Assembly: GCA_963711565.1 (NCBI GenBank)
Contig: CAVQEQ010000004.1
Coordinates: 640,001 to 704,000 of the forward strand
Length of the DNA stretch: 64,000 nt
DNA from: an uncultured delta proteobacterium
Lineage (GTDB): Bacteria; Desulfobacterota; Binatia; Binatales; Binataceae
Direction of reading: 5' to 3'
Shown: positions 20,577 to 31,000 of the stretch, in pieces
How the letters are laid out: each line of letters starts with the position of its first letter
How positions within the stretch are numbered: position 1 is the stretch's first letter
The notes under the pieces: generated by a model
Seen by the model: only the letters and a program-made list of their open reading frames with translations
Database searches by the model: none
What the model was told of the DNA's origin: nothing
Program-made: the position numbers and the translations under genes

Positions 20577-21407
20577 CTAGTCCTCGCGCTTCTCGCCGAG
20601 GCCGGGCGCCTCGATTCCGGTGCGGACGGCGAACGGCAAATGCTGCATCGTGTGGACTTGTTCTGTCAGGTTGACCACGAAACCGGCGACGGCGCCGAAC
20701 GCGATTTGGCAGACGATGAACTGTCGCCACTCGATTCGCGCGTCGAGCACGGGATTGATGACTCTGAGCGACGACCATAACAGCCCGGTCCACAGCAGCG
20801 GCGCGACGATCGCGGCCCACAAGGCGGGGTAGCGCGGAAACATCGGCAGCATCACGCCGTAGAGCAGTCCGACCAGAATTGAAGCTGAGGCGTGGATGAT
20901 GAGCGCGACGAGGAACGCTTGCGGGATAAACGACGAGAGCGTCGCAGTATCGGCGTTGGCGAGATTCGACATCGCGGTGGCCGCGAGAATGTTGATCGTG
21001 TACCAAATGCTGCCGTGATAAACGATTCCCTGAAGCGCAGCGAGTGCTCCCATCACGACGCCGCCCGCGATGCCGCCCTTGATTCCGGCCGAGTAAGGAT
21101 AGATTTGCAGCGGCAGCACGGCACGATTGCCGAGTTCGCCGACTTGCAGATAGTCGACGCCAATCTTCTCTTCGATGACGGCTGCGGGCTTAGGCTCTAG
21201 CCGCACCATCACGTGATGCTCGTAGGGAAGCACGTCGCGAAACCATCCAACAGCGCCCGCGACAAACAGAACGAAGCCGACCATGCTGACCGCTACATTG
21301 GTCACCAGACCGGCGAAGGCCAGCGTCAAGCCCAGCGCGAAGATCATCGGCCACGCAGTCGGCGCAGGAGCTTCGATTACATTCTCGGTGTTTTCCTGAA
21401 TAGCCAT
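20577..21407 (-). CDS. Membrane protein; N-terminus resembles oxidase subunit IV (CtaF-like)
   Basis: PAPTAWPMIFALG...GWF N-terminal helices plus further TM segments; lies between the subunit III and cytochrome c genes. Confidence 0.6.
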   Translation of the reverse strand: MAIQENTENVIEAPAPTAWPMIFALGLTLAFAGLVTNVAVSMVGFVLFVAGAVGWFRDVLPYEHHVMVRLEPKPAAVIEEKIGVDYLQVGELGNRAVLPLQIYPYSAGIKGGIAGGVVMGALAALQGIVYHGSIWYTINILAATAMSNLANADTATLSSFIPQAFLVALIIHASASILVGLLYGVMLPMFPRYPALWAAIVAPLLWTGLLWSSLRVINPVLDARIEWRQFIVCQIAFGAVAGFVVNLTEQVHTMQHLPFAVRTGIEAPGLGEKRED

Positions 21408-21415
21408 TTACGTGC

Positions 21416-22018
21416 TCACCTCCCGACCACGTACACAGTCAGGAAAACGACGACCCAAACCGCATCGACGAAATGCCAATACCACGAGAGCACCTCAACG
21501 CGTTCGACGTGGCGCTCGTTCATGTAGCCCGTCAGCGTGAACACCAGAACCAACAGGATGAGCGTCAACCCGACCGTCACATGGAGCGCATGCAGGCCGA
21601 CGAGTGAGTAATAGGTGGTGCCGAAGAGATTGGTGCGAATGGTCAAGCCGTCATGGTAAATGAGGTGATGCCATTCCATCGCCGTGCCGATCATGAACTC
21701 GAGACCGAGTGCGAAGGTGACGAACCACCAGATGGCGAACGCGCGAATCGAGCCGGCGCGAAGGGCGCGGACCGCAAGCACGATCGTGATGCTGCTCGAC
21801 AGGAGGCAAATCGTGTTCACCACCGGCACTGACAGCACGTCCCTGGGGAAAGGCCCGGTCAGGCTTTTGCCTATATAGAAGATGTAGGCGACTACGAAGA
21901 TCGAGAAGAAGGAGGTCTCGGTGAGGATCAGGGCGAGAATGCCGACGTGACCGCGTCGCGGAAGGGTGTCGCTCCACGGGGTCGTAGTCGCTGAAATTGT
22001 GGTGGGTGCGGCGGCCAT
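21416..22018 (-). CDS. ctaE: Cytochrome c oxidase subunit III
   Basis: NTICLLSSS, GLHALHV, YWHFVDAVW. Confidence 0.92.
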   Translation of the reverse strand: MAAAPTTISATTTPWSDTLPRRGHVGILALILTETSFFSIFVVAYIFYIGKSLTGPFPRDVLSVPVVNTICLLSSSITIVLAVRALRAGSIRAFAIWWFVTFALGLEFMIGTAMEWHHLIYHDGLTIRTNLFGTTYYSLVGLHALHVTVGLTLILLVLVFTLTGYMNERHVERVEVLSWYWHFVDAVWVVVFLTVYVVGR

Positions 22019-23709
22019 TATTCGTACTTCCAGTCGGGATCTTCAGGATGTTTCAGGTCCCACAGCGGGCGGCGGCTGCGCACTACTGGTGACTCGGCGA
22101 AGTTGTACTCCGGCGGTGGTGATGATGTGGACCATTCCAGCGTCCACGCATCCCAGGGGTCGTCGCCGGCCGGTTCGCCGGAGCGGAGCGAGCGGACGAC
22201 ATTGATAACAAATATGAGCACCGCGATACCCTGTACCAGCGCTCCGACGGACTCGACGAAATTTAATGTGTCGAGTCCCCGCCCTGGCTGGTAGGTGTAG
22301 ATGCGCCGCGGCATCCCGCGGAATCCGGCAAAGTGCATAGTGTCGAACGTCATGTGGAAACCAATCAGGAATAGCCAGAAATGCCACTTGCCAAGCGTCT
22401 CACTGAGCATTCGGCCGGTAGCCTTCGGGAACCAATAGTATATTGCGGCGAATATCATGAAGACGATCGCGCCGACTAGTACGTAGTGAAAGTGAGCTAC
22501 AACGAAGTAGGTATCGGTGACTTGCCAGTCGAAGGGCGCGACGGCGAGCATGATACCGGTCAGGCCCGCGACGAGAAACTGGAACAGGAACGCTATGCTG
22601 AACAGCATCGGAACCTTGAATCGCAACTTTCCTCCCCACATCGTTCCGAGCCAGTTGAAAATCTTGATGCCGGTGGGAACGCCGACGAGCATGCTCGCGG
22701 CCGCGAAAAAGGAATTACCAGCGGGTGTCATGCCGACCGAAAACATGTGATGCGCCCACACGCTCATGCTGATGAACGCGATCGCGCACGACGCCGCTAC
22801 CATCACGCTGTAACCGAAAATCACCTTGCGCGAGAAGACTGGAATGATCTCCGAGGCGAAGGCGAAGGCTGGAATTACGAGGATGTAAACCTCGGGATGG
22901 CCGAAGATCCAGAAGAAGTGCTGCCAGAGTATGGCGGAGCCGCCGGCTTGAGTGTCGAAGAAGTGCGCGCCAAGGAAACGATCGAGCAGCAGCATGGCCT
23001 GCGCCGCCGAGAGCGGCGGCAACGCGACCAGAATCATGAACGAGACGACGATCGCCAGCCATACCAGCACCGGCATCTTGTTGAGCGTCATGCCTTCGCA
23101 GCGCATGCAGAACGCGCTGGTTATTATATTGACGGCAGTCGCAGTCGAACCGACACTAGTCAGTAGAATACTCAGTATCCAATAGTCAGTACTGTTGCCG
23201 CGCGAGAACGGCAGCTCCGTCAGGGGAGCGTATGCGAACCAGCCGACGTCGGGAGCGCTGCCCGCGCCGTAGAGGCCGTCGCCGCCGATGTAGCTGAAGT
23301 AGAGGAGCAAGGCGCCGAAGAACCATAGCCAGAAGCCGAAGGCGTTGAGCCGCGGGAACGCGAGGTCGCGCGCGCCAATCATCAACGGCACCAGGTAGTT
23401 GAAGAAGCCGGTGAGGATCGGCATCCCGACCAGAAAAACCATCGCGGTGCCGTGCATCGTGAGCAGGCGGTTGAACACCTGCGGCGGCACGATGTTGGCG
23501 TCGGGCACGGCGAGCTGAAGGCGAATCGTCATCGCTTGCAGGCCCGCGATCACGAAAAAGAAGAGGCCGCCGGCGATGTACATGATGCCGAGCCGCTTGT
23601 GATCGACAGTGACGACCCATTCGTGCAGCTTGCCGAGGACGGGCAGCGCTTGCGCGTCGTCGATGGCGCCGAGTGCGATTTGCTGGTCGATACTTCCCGC
23701 CATGCTCAT
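22018..23709 (-). CDS. ctaD: Cytochrome c oxidase subunit I (A1-type)
   Basis: DHKRLG, GHPEVY, WAHHMF, AHFHY, GMPRR. Confidence 0.96.
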   Translation of the reverse strand: MSMAGSIDQQIALGAIDDAQALPVLGKLHEWVVTVDHKRLGIMYIAGGLFFFVIAGLQAMTIRLQLAVPDANIVPPQVFNRLLTMHGTAMVFLVGMPILTGFFNYLVPLMIGARDLAFPRLNAFGFWLWFFGALLLYFSYIGGDGLYGAGSAPDVGWFAYAPLTELPFSRGNSTDYWILSILLTSVGSTATAVNIITSAFCMRCEGMTLNKMPVLVWLAIVVSFMILVALPPLSAAQAMLLLDRFLGAHFFDTQAGGSAILWQHFFWIFGHPEVYILVIPAFAFASEIIPVFSRKVIFGYSVMVAASCAIAFISMSVWAHHMFSVGMTPAGNSFFAAASMLVGVPTGIKIFNWLGTMWGGKLRFKVPMLFSIAFLFQFLVAGLTGIMLAVAPFDWQVTDTYFVVAHFHYVLVGAIVFMIFAAIYYWFPKATGRMLSETLGKWHFWLFLIGFHMTFDTMHFAGFRGMPRRIYTYQPGRGLDTLNFVESVGALVQGIAVLIFVINVVRSLRSGEPAGDDPWDAWTLEWSTSSPPPEYNFAESPVVRSRRPLWDLKHPEDPDWKYE

Positions 23710-23718
23710 CTCTCCCGG

Positions 23719-24774
23719 TCAGTGCAGCGTAGCCAGGTACGCGACGAGATCGTCGAGGTCTTTATCGCCGAGATTCATCGCCGGCATATGCGCGCCGGGC
23801 TTCATGACGTTCGGATCGGTCACCCAAACTTTGAGGTGACCGGGAGTGTTCATCGCGGCGCCCGCGCCGATCGTCTCGCGGGTCATCAGATGCGTGAGAT
23901 CGGGACCGAAACGCCCATCCGCCGCGGTGCCTTGAATCGAGTGGCAATTGACACATGCGGTGGATTCGAAGACCTGGCGGCCGTGCTCGACGGATGCGTC
24001 GAGCGCGGGCGGCTGCTTCTGCGCTGCAACCCAACGATCGAAGTCGGGACGCGGCTCGACGATCACGCGCAGTATCATCAAGGCGTGCTCGGTGCCGCAG
24101 TACTCGCCGCATTGGCCGAGGTAGGTTCCGGCGACCTGCGGATCGATCCACATCGTATTTTTGCGATTGGGGATGACGTCAGTCTTGCCGGCCAGGCGGG
24201 GCACCCAGAAACTGTGCGCGACGTCGGCGGACTCGAGATCGAGGAATGTCGGCGTCGGATTTTTGGGATCGCTCAGCGGGACGTGCAGCTCGTTCGCCGT
24301 CACCACGCCCAGGTCGGGGTAGTGAAACTCCCACCACCACTGATGCGCTATCACGCGGACGTTGATCGCGTTCGGCGGCCGCGGCGCTGCCTGCACCGTA
24401 TATATGGTACGGGCGGTGGTAAGCATGAGCACCAATACAATAAGGACGGGGACCGTCGTCCATGCGAACTCGATCGGATTGCTGCCGTACACCTGCGGCG
24501 GCTCGCGGCCGTCGTCGTTGGGTCGGGCGCGAAAGCGCACGATGCTGTAGGTCAGCAGCCCGCCGACAATCAGAAAAATTACCGCGCTGATCCAAATGAC
24601 GAAGAACGCGACCGTGTTGATTTCGTGAGCCGGCGTCGAAACCGCATCGAAAATGCCGCTGGGGGGAATCTTCGAGTTCGATGCACCCATCCCCCAGTCG
24701 TTCGCGAGTGCGGAAACCGGGGCGCAGCCGATCACGGCAATAATCAAGCACCAGCGCTGCAGACGTGAGGCCAA
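23719..24774 (-). CDS. ctaC: Cytochrome c oxidase subunit II with fused cytochrome c (caa3-type)
   Basis: HQWWW, DVAHSFW, CGEYCGTEHALM CuA site, C-terminal CVNCH...MP. Confidence 0.94.
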   Translation of the reverse strand: MASRLQRWCLIIAVIGCAPVSALANDWGMGASNSKIPPSGIFDAVSTPAHEINTVAFFVIWISAVIFLIVGGLLTYSIVRFRARPNDDGREPPQVYGSNPIEFAWTTVPVLIVLVLMLTTARTIYTVQAAPRPPNAINVRVIAHQWWWEFHYPDLGVVTANELHVPLSDPKNPTPTFLDLESADVAHSFWVPRLAGKTDVIPNRKNTMWIDPQVAGTYLGQCGEYCGTEHALMILRVIVEPRPDFDRWVAAQKQPPALDASVEHGRQVFESTACVNCHSIQGTAADGRFGPDLTHLMTRETIGAGAAMNTPGHLKVWVTDPNVMKPGAHMPAMNLGDKDLDDLVAYLATLH

Positions 24775-24913
24775 GATTTTCGCAGCTCCTGAGACCGCGG
24801 CCGCCTACGAAAGATAAGGTTGCGCGTCTCAGTCAGCTGGAATGAGTAGCACAAAACATTTTTTATAACTAAGCGGTACGGGTACGGCGGGGAACCTCGA
24901 CCTGGCCGGAGCT

Positions 24914-25849
24914 TTAGTTCGTGTTGGCGGCGACGATCCGGGGATCCACGCGCGGCAGGATCATTACCTCGGACATTTTGGTCTCGGGGTCGAGCCTGAT
25001 GAAGTAGGCTGGGAAGCCGGTTTCCGCAACAGCGACGTTGGTGCGCGCGTCGCAGCCGCATCGCGCGGCCATGCCGTCGTTAATCGTGGCGAGCCGGTCG
25101 AGACTGAGCGCGGCGAGCCGCATGTTGGCGTCGTCGACGGAAAGATCCACGGTCGAATCGCTCACCTCGACGCTGGACGCCAGCGCGGTTCCGGAGACGG
25201 TCGCGGTTTTTGCGACCCACCCGGTAAATTGGCTCTGGTCCATCTTCGCGACGTTCGGATAGTTCTTGCGCGCCTCGGCGATCGCGCCTCCGAGTGAGTG
25301 TTTTCTTGCGCTGGAATCGGCGAACACCTGCGCGTCCGCCAGCGTCCAGATTTGCTTCGACCATCGCGCAATCGTCGCGGGGTCGCCGCCGGTGAGACTC
25401 TGATAGTCGGTCGCTGCCAGCTCGGCGTCGGCCAGATCATGCGCGGTCAGGGCGGCATCTACCTCCTGCGAGTCTCGACTGCGCTCGGCCTCGTCGATTT
25501 GCGCGATAATCGAGCTGCTCCGGCTGCCGGGCTCTTTCGCCGCGTCGAGGCATGCGCCGCGCTGCTCGGCGAGCGTGTACGTCGGCCGCCCAATCTTGAA
25601 GTCGCACAGGCATAGATCGTCCTTCACCTCGCGGCGCTCGTCTGCACTCAAGTCGGTGCGGGCCGCAAGCGCGACCAGTTCTTGGCGAGCCGCCGGATAA
25701 TTGGCGCCGGCAATTTGGCTGCGCGCCGTGGTGAGCGCCGACGGTGCGCATGCCGACAGAGCGGACGCGATCGCAATCGCGGCCACGACTTGGCCTGCAA
25801 CTCGCAGTAAAGCGTGCGGCAGCATCGGGGTGAAGCGTTGGTCAGACAT
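24914..25849 (-). CDS. Hypothetical lipoprotein
   Basis: LSAC lipobox after a hydrophobic stretch. ATG at 25849 has CATAAT 6 nt upstream, suggesting a leaderless start. Confidence 0.65.
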   Translation of the reverse strand: MSDQRFTPMLPHALLRVAGQVVAAIAIASALSACAPSALTTARSQIAGANYPAARQELVALAARTDLSADERREVKDDLCLCDFKIGRPTYTLAEQRGACLDAAKEPGSRSSSIIAQIDEAERSRDSQEVDAALTAHDLADAELAATDYQSLTGGDPATIARWSKQIWTLADAQVFADSSARKHSLGGAIAEARKNYPNVAKMDQSQFTGWVAKTATVSGTALASSVEVSDSTVDLSVDDANMRLAALSLDRLATINDGMAARCGCDARTNVAVAETGFPAYFIRLDPETKMSEVMILPRVDPRIVAANTN

Positions 25850-26020
25850 AAGTCGATTATGGCAAAGGCGGCAGCCGATTGACCACCCATCGAGATGAGA
25901 AATGGAGGGTCGCGTCTGCGGTTGAGTCATTCGATGTAACGCGATGCGACACGGGCGGCACACCTTGGCGGGTGCGATCTTCTTTGAACGGCTACGCCGA
26001 CTTCTTCTCCAGTCCAGGGC

Positions 26021-26036
26021 TGGCATGAGTGGTGCA
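26021..26036 (+). promoter_or_regulatory. Sigma-54 (-24/-12) promoter of the flp-tad operon
   Basis: TGGCATGAGTGGTGCA matches the TGGCACG-N4-TTGCW spacing, 60 bp before flp1. Confidence 0.7.
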
Positions 26037-26096
26037 CTTAACCTCACTGAAGCGAATCGATTGCGCTGACTCAACGCGCAAAGGAGGACATCAATT

Positions 26097-26276
26097 ATGA
26101 ACTACATCAACAAACTCATGGTTCGGGTTCGCGAGAGCAAGACCGGACAGACGATGACTGAGTACGTGCTGATTATCGCGGCGATCGCGGTGGCTGGGTA
26201 CATCGCGTACCAGGGCCTCGAAGGCGGAATCAACACGATCATCTCCAACGTGACCGCAACCCTGAAGGCTGCGTAA
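26097..26276 (+). CDS. flp: Flp family type IVb/c pilin 1
   Basis: 59 aa, below the ORF-track cutoff: MNYINKLMVRVRESKTG|QTMTEYVLIIAAIAVAGYIAYQGLEGGINTIISNVTATLKAA. G-X4-EY Flp motif; AAGGAGG RBS. Confidence 0.93.
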   Translation: MNYINKLMVRVRESKTGQTMTEYVLIIAAIAVAGYIAYQGLEGGINTIISNVTATLKAA

Positions 26277-26338
26277 TCCAATGGTTTTTCGCAACCGAGT
26301 CGAATGCGCTGCCGCAGACGACGAGTAGGGAACCGACA

Positions 26339-26518
26339 ATGAAGTATTTCAGCCAATTCGTAGGCCGGCTCGGCAAAAGCCAACGCGGGCAGACGATGAC
26401 CGAGTACGTGCTGATTATCGCGGCGATCGCGGTCGCGGGCTACATCGCGTACCAGGGTCTCGAAGGCGGGATCAACTCGATCATCGCCAATGTGACCGCG
26501 ACTCTGTCGGCTGCTTGA
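26339..26518 (+). CDS. flp: Flp family pilin 2
   Basis: 59 aa: MKYFSQFVGRLGKSQRG|QTMTEYVLIIAAIAVAGYIAYQGLEGGINSIIANVTATLSAA. Confidence 0.92.
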   Translation: MKYFSQFVGRLGKSQRGQTMTEYVLIIAAIAVAGYIAYQGLEGGINSIIANVTATLSAA

Positions 26519-26682
26519 GAGCAGCCCAACCCCGGCGCCGTCGCAGCCGGGCGCGCGGGAATGGCGGCGGGGTCCGAATGCCCCGCCGCGCAAATGTCTA
26601 GATCGAGGCGGCAGTGCGATCGATTGAATCTTGCGCGTGGGGGCCAGTCGGGATCGGCGGGTCGCGCAAGCAGGGGGCATAG

Positions 26683-27822
26683 ATGAAGCGACCGATAGTA
26701 TTCGTGATCCTTGCGGCAATGGGCGCGATGCTGGCTGCGATCGTGGTCTTCTCCGCACTCAAAAAACGCGAGTCCGAAGTGCAGCTTGCGATGGCCCACT
26801 CGGTCGAAGTCGTGGTTGCCGCCAACGATATATCGGTGGGCATCAAGCTCGAGCCTGACGCCGTCAAGCTCGTTCGATGGTCGCGCGACAGCGTCCCCGA
26901 GGGCGCGTTCACGGATCCGCAGGCGGTTGCCGGTTCGTTCGCGAAGAGCGACTTCGTCGCCAACGAGCCAATCGTTGCCAGCAAGCTCTTCATGGGCGAG
27001 ATGACCTCCGGCGTGATGCCCCTGCTGATTCCGGCTGGGATGCGTGCGATGTCGGTGCCGGTGGACGAAGTCTCGGACATCGCAGGCTTTGTCGCCCCGC
27101 ACACTCATGTCGATATCCTGGTCGCGGTCGCGGGCACCGGGCCGGGCGAGCCGTCGTTCTCGCGAATCGTTCTACAGAACATCGAAGTTCTCGCAGTCGC
27201 CCAGGAAATTGAACACGTCAAGGACCAGCCGGAAGTGGTGAAAGTCGTCACCCTGCTGGTGACTCCGCCCGACGCTGAAAAACTCACCTTGGCAAGCCGC
27301 GAGGGCTTGCTGCGTCTGGCGATGCGCAATTACAGCGACAGCAAAATCGTCGCGACCCGGGGCATCGGATTGCCCGACCTGCTGCATGAAGGCGGCGGCA
27401 CAATCGGCGGAACCTTGGCCGTGATGCAAATCCAGCCAGCGCCGGCCCTGAGCGCGAGCGCGCGGCCCGCTCATGGTCCCACGGCTTTTCGAATCGAAGT
27501 AATGCGCGATGGCAAGTCGTCCGAGGCGATGTCCTTCGTCCACTCCGGCCTGGGCGCACGTTCTTCGTTTCAAGCGCATGAGGACGCGCCCGCCGTATCG
27601 GAGCCGCCGCCGCCAGCGGCCCCGCCAGAGCAGGACGCGCCGGAATCTCCAGTCTCGTCGGCCAGGCCGGTCTGGTCCGCGAGCTTCACCGAACCGCCGC
27701 AGGCTGCCTTCGCGGCCGTTCGAAGCGACGCAATCAACGACCATGCGGCGATTAATTCCGCGCCGCTCAGACCGGGGGATCCGGGGTACGAACCAGCGCC
27801 AAAGACGTATCAGGTTCCGTGA
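26683..27822 (+). CDS. cpaB: Flp pilus assembly protein CpaB/RcpC
   Basis: N-terminal TM, SAF domain (VVVAANDI), GMRAMSVPVD..AGFV.P...VDIL, LQNIEVLA, LRLAMRN. Confidence 0.92.
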   Translation: MKRPIVFVILAAMGAMLAAIVVFSALKKRESEVQLAMAHSVEVVVAANDISVGIKLEPDAVKLVRWSRDSVPEGAFTDPQAVAGSFAKSDFVANEPIVASKLFMGEMTSGVMPLLIPAGMRAMSVPVDEVSDIAGFVAPHTHVDILVAVAGTGPGEPSFSRIVLQNIEVLAVAQEIEHVKDQPEVVKVVTLLVTPPDAEKLTLASREGLLRLAMRNYSDSKIVATRGIGLPDLLHEGGGTIGGTLAVMQIQPAPALSASARPAHGPTAFRIEVMRDGKSSEAMSFVHSGLGARSSFQAHEDAPAVSEPPPPAAPPEQDAPESPVSSARPVWSASFTEPPQAAFAAVRSDAINDHAAINSAPLRPGDPGYEPAPKTYQVP

Positions 27823-27851
27823 TCGCAGGCGGCTACCAGGGGGGATAGGCC

Positions 27852-29720
27852 ATGAGGAGATGCAAAAACACTTACGTAAACGTTCGGTCGGCAGAGCTAA
27901 TCTGTCGGTTACTCGCGTCCGCCGGATTGCTGCTGGTCGTCAGCGCGGCAACCGCACGGGCCCAGGTAAAAGACTCAAACGATTGGGTGCCGGTTTCGAT
28001 GAACGCCGGCGAAACCTACGTGATCAATGACGTTAAGCCGGGCACCAAACCGTCGTTCCACGTCGAGCAGAACCCGAACGCCTTCGTCAGCTATGATTCG
28101 CCGCCGGGCAAGCTCACGATGCTCAGTGCCGGCGCCGGCCGCTGGATAGTTACCGTTACCAACGCCTCGGATCGCCAGGTCAGCTACAACGTCAATGCCT
28201 TCGCGGTCGCGAAACCTGATGCGCCGCTGACGCCGGGAAAAGCGCCGCCGGCGCTTACCGATGACCGGCTCGCGGACCCGCCGGGAGCGGGCGCTTCAAC
28301 GTCGGCAGCATCTGCGATACCGCAATTGGCGACCATATCGTCGTACGATTCCTCTTCGGCTGCGCCTTCGTCGTACGGTGCGACCCTCCCAGCCAAAACG
28401 TCAACGTCCTATGACGCCTCGTGGAGCGTACCGTCCGAGCCGGGCAAGCGCGCGGAGGCCTACGTGCCAAGTCAATCAGTAGGACCGCTCGAGTCGCACT
28501 CCGGTCAATATCGAAATGATCCGCCGGCGCAGGATTCGGGCTCGGGCTACTCAAGCGACACTGTCTCCGGTGGCAAGCACTATCTGCCGGCCGACGCCAT
28601 CTCACTGATGATGGGCACCTCGGAAGTAATCGACTTTCAGCGCCGCGTCACGCGAATCTCGGTCGCCGACTCGAAGATTGCCGACGTGCAGGTGATCGAT
28701 CCGTTCCAGCTTAACCTGGTCGCGCATCAGCCCGGCTTTACGACGCTGGCAGTTTGGGACGCGAGCGGACAGTACGAAGAACGGATGGTGCGAATCGACG
28801 CGAGCGGCAAACAGCAAGTGATGCTGAATACAATCGTGGCCGAGCTCGACCGCCAGAAGCTCGAAAATCAGGGAATAAATCTCTCGGTCGCGTTCTCCAA
28901 GATGGGCCTGTCGATAGTGGGTTTGCCGGGCACAGTCGCGACCCCATACAACGCGAGCAGCACTCTTCAGAGCTCGGCCTCCGCAGGATCTCTTTCGGGA
29001 ACTACCTCGCCGAACGGAGTCATTCCGGCCGGCGGCCAGATAATCCCGCTGTTGTTGTCATCGACCATGACCTACGGCCTGGCCGCGCAGAATGCCGACG
29101 TGATGTGGCAGGCGTTCTTCCAGTTTCTCGAAAATCACAGCCTCGGCAAAATTCTCGCCGAGCCGCATCTGCTGGCGAACTCCGGCGAGAAGGCCAAGTT
29201 TCTATCCGGCGGCGAAATCCCGATTGTAATCGCGCAGGCGCTCAACTCGACGATCGTTTTCAAAACCTACGGCACCTCGGTCGAGTTCATTCCGACCGTC
29301 GTCGGCCGCGACGATATCGAACTGCTGGTCAAGCCCGAAGTCTCGCAGCCCGACTACGCTCAAGGTGTTAGCCTGTTCGGCTTCACCGTACCGGCCTTCG
29401 TAACTCGGCGCGCGGAGACAATGGTGCGCCTGAAGGACCGTCAAACGCTGATCGTCGCCGGCCTTATCCTCCATCAAAGGACCTCGCAGGTGCAGAAGGT
29501 ACCCTACCTCGGCGATATCCCGTGGGTACAAGGCCTTTTCCGCACCACATCTTATTCAGACCAGGAGAGCGACCTCGTGATGAGCGTGACGCCCGAGATA
29601 ATCCGGCCGCTGCCCCAGGGCGGGCAGGTCTTCCTGCCGACGAATCGCGGCCCACTGTCGGCCGCGGAAATCAAAACTGAACCCCTCGAGCCGCCGGACG
29701 TGTCCCGTCCGCGCTTCTAG
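27852..29720 (+). CDS. cpaC: Tad secretin CpaC/RcpA
   Basis: RISVADSKIADV pilus-formation N domain; LAEPHL..SGEKAKFLSGGEIPI and KVPYLGDIP secretin motifs. Confidence 0.92.
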   Translation: MRRCKNTYVNVRSAELICRLLASAGLLLVVSAATARAQVKDSNDWVPVSMNAGETYVINDVKPGTKPSFHVEQNPNAFVSYDSPPGKLTMLSAGAGRWIVTVTNASDRQVSYNVNAFAVAKPDAPLTPGKAPPALTDDRLADPPGAGASTSAASAIPQLATISSYDSSSAAPSSYGATLPAKTSTSYDASWSVPSEPGKRAEAYVPSQSVGPLESHSGQYRNDPPAQDSGSGYSSDTVSGGKHYLPADAISLMMGTSEVIDFQRRVTRISVADSKIADVQVIDPFQLNLVAHQPGFTTLAVWDASGQYEERMVRIDASGKQQVMLNTIVAELDRQKLENQGINLSVAFSKMGLSIVGLPGTVATPYNASSTLQSSASAGSLSGTTSPNGVIPAGGQIIPLLLSSTMTYGLAAQNADVMWQAFFQFLENHSLGKILAEPHLLANSGEKAKFLSGGEIPIVIAQALNSTIVFKTYGTSVEFIPTVVGRDDIELLVKPEVSQPDYAQGVSLFGFTVPAFVTRRAETMVRLKDRQTLIVAGLILHQRTSQVQKVPYLGDIPWVQGLFRTTSYSDQESDLVMSVTPEIIRPLPQGGQVFLPTNRGPLSAAEIKTEPLEPPDVSRPRF

Positions 29721-29745
29721 AACCAGGAGTCCGGAGAGAGATCGA

Positions 29746-30966
29746 GTGCCATTCAACGGTTCAAAGGGTGAAAGTAGCCGCAGCATGATGAAGGTCATGC
29801 TGGTCGGCGATCCCGGCGATCAGCGGAGCCAGCTCAAGACGGTTCTCGCGGCATTAGCTGAGCCTCAACTCGAGATCGTCGAGGGTGAGGCTGCCACCGC
29901 CGCCAATCTCTCTGAGAATGTCTCCGCGCCGCCGGACGCGACCCTGGTAATGGTTAACGGCAATGAAGAGGCGGCCTTGGTCTTTCTCCAGCGCCAGTCG
30001 CTCCATTCGCCGCGCCCAACTTTGCTCGCCCTGCTCAGCGCGCGCTCAGCCGGTCTGATGAAGCGCGCGCTGCGTGCGGGCGCCGACGAAATTCTGTTCA
30101 TGCCGCTCGATCCGGGAGAGGCCACTCGCGCCTTGCTGAAAGTAAGCGAAGCGCGCTGGCGCACCGAGCGACGCGAAGGTGGCGTCGTCATTTCGGTCGC
30201 CAGCCTGGTCGGCGGCGTCGGTGTCACCTCGATGGCCGCCAACCTCGCTTTGGCGCTCGAGTCGTTGCATCAGCACGTGGCGTTGGTCGACCTGGATCTT
30301 CAGACCGGAGGGCTGGCCGTCTTTCTGAACCTCGATCCGGAAGTGACCATCATGCCGCTGGTGCGCCTCGAGCAAAAGCTCGATTCGATCCAGCTCGAAT
30401 CCGCCTTGACCAAGCATCCATCGGGTGTCTGCTTGCTGGCTGCGCCCAAGCGAATCGAAGAAGGCGAGTTGGTCTCGGACATCACGGTCGGCACAGTGCT
30501 CGACCTCATTCGCCAGTTGTTCGATTACGTGATCGTCGATTGCGGCGACCATGTGGATGAAAACGGGGTTGCCGCGTGGGAGCGCTCCGAACATCTTTTT
30601 TACGTACTCAATCAGTCGATTGCGGCGGCGCGATCTGCATGGCGGTTCATCGATCTGTTCGAGCGCCTTGGTCTGACCAGGCTCGAGCCGCACTTCATTC
30701 TCGATCGCTACAATCCCTCGCATCCCCTGACCGAGAAGGCCATCGAAGCAACTCTCGCCAAGTCCATCTACGCCAGGATTCCGGCCGACGACCGGACCTT
30801 TGAAACCATTGAGTTGAAGGCGCAGGACCTTTTCCAGGTGGCCCCGCATTCCCCGGTTGCGCGCGCGATGCTGGATCTGGCGGCGCTCGTAATGCCGCGA
30901 GTTGAGCCGCTTGCACTCCAGGAGACGTTTATGTCGCGGCTCAAATCCGCGTTCGGCACGCATTGA
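29746..30966 (+). CDS. cpaE: CpaE/TadZ (receiver-like + degenerate MinD ATPase)
   Basis: ALRAGADE receiver-like region; [10 protein letters not shown] degenerate Walker A; VDLDLQTG. Confidence 0.88.
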   Translation: MPFNGSKGESSRSMMKVMLVGDPGDQRSQLKTVLAALAEPQLEIVEGEAATAANLSENVSAPPDATLVMVNGNEEAALVFLQRQSLHSPRPTLLALLSARSAGLMKRALRAGADEILFMPLDPGEATRALLKVSEARWRTERREGGVVISVASLVGGVGVTSMAANLALALESLHQHVALVDLDLQTGGLAVFLNLDPEVTIMPLVRLEQKLDSIQLESALTKHPSGVCLLAAPKRIEEGELVSDITVGTVLDLIRQLFDYVIVDCGDHVDENGVAAWERSEHLFYVLNQSIAAARSAWRFIDLFERLGLTRLEPHFILDRYNPSHPLTEKAIEATLAKSIYARIPADDRTFETIELKAQDLFQVAPHSPVARAMLDLAALVMPRVEPLALQETFMSRLKSAFGTH

Positions 30967-31000
30967 AGCCCACGCTTTTGAAGTTGATGAGGTATCCAGA

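Noticed and set aside
26097-26518. flp pair or the MFS duplication as DGR template/variable repeats
   Set aside because: Differences are not adenine-specific and there is no reverse transcriptase in the window.
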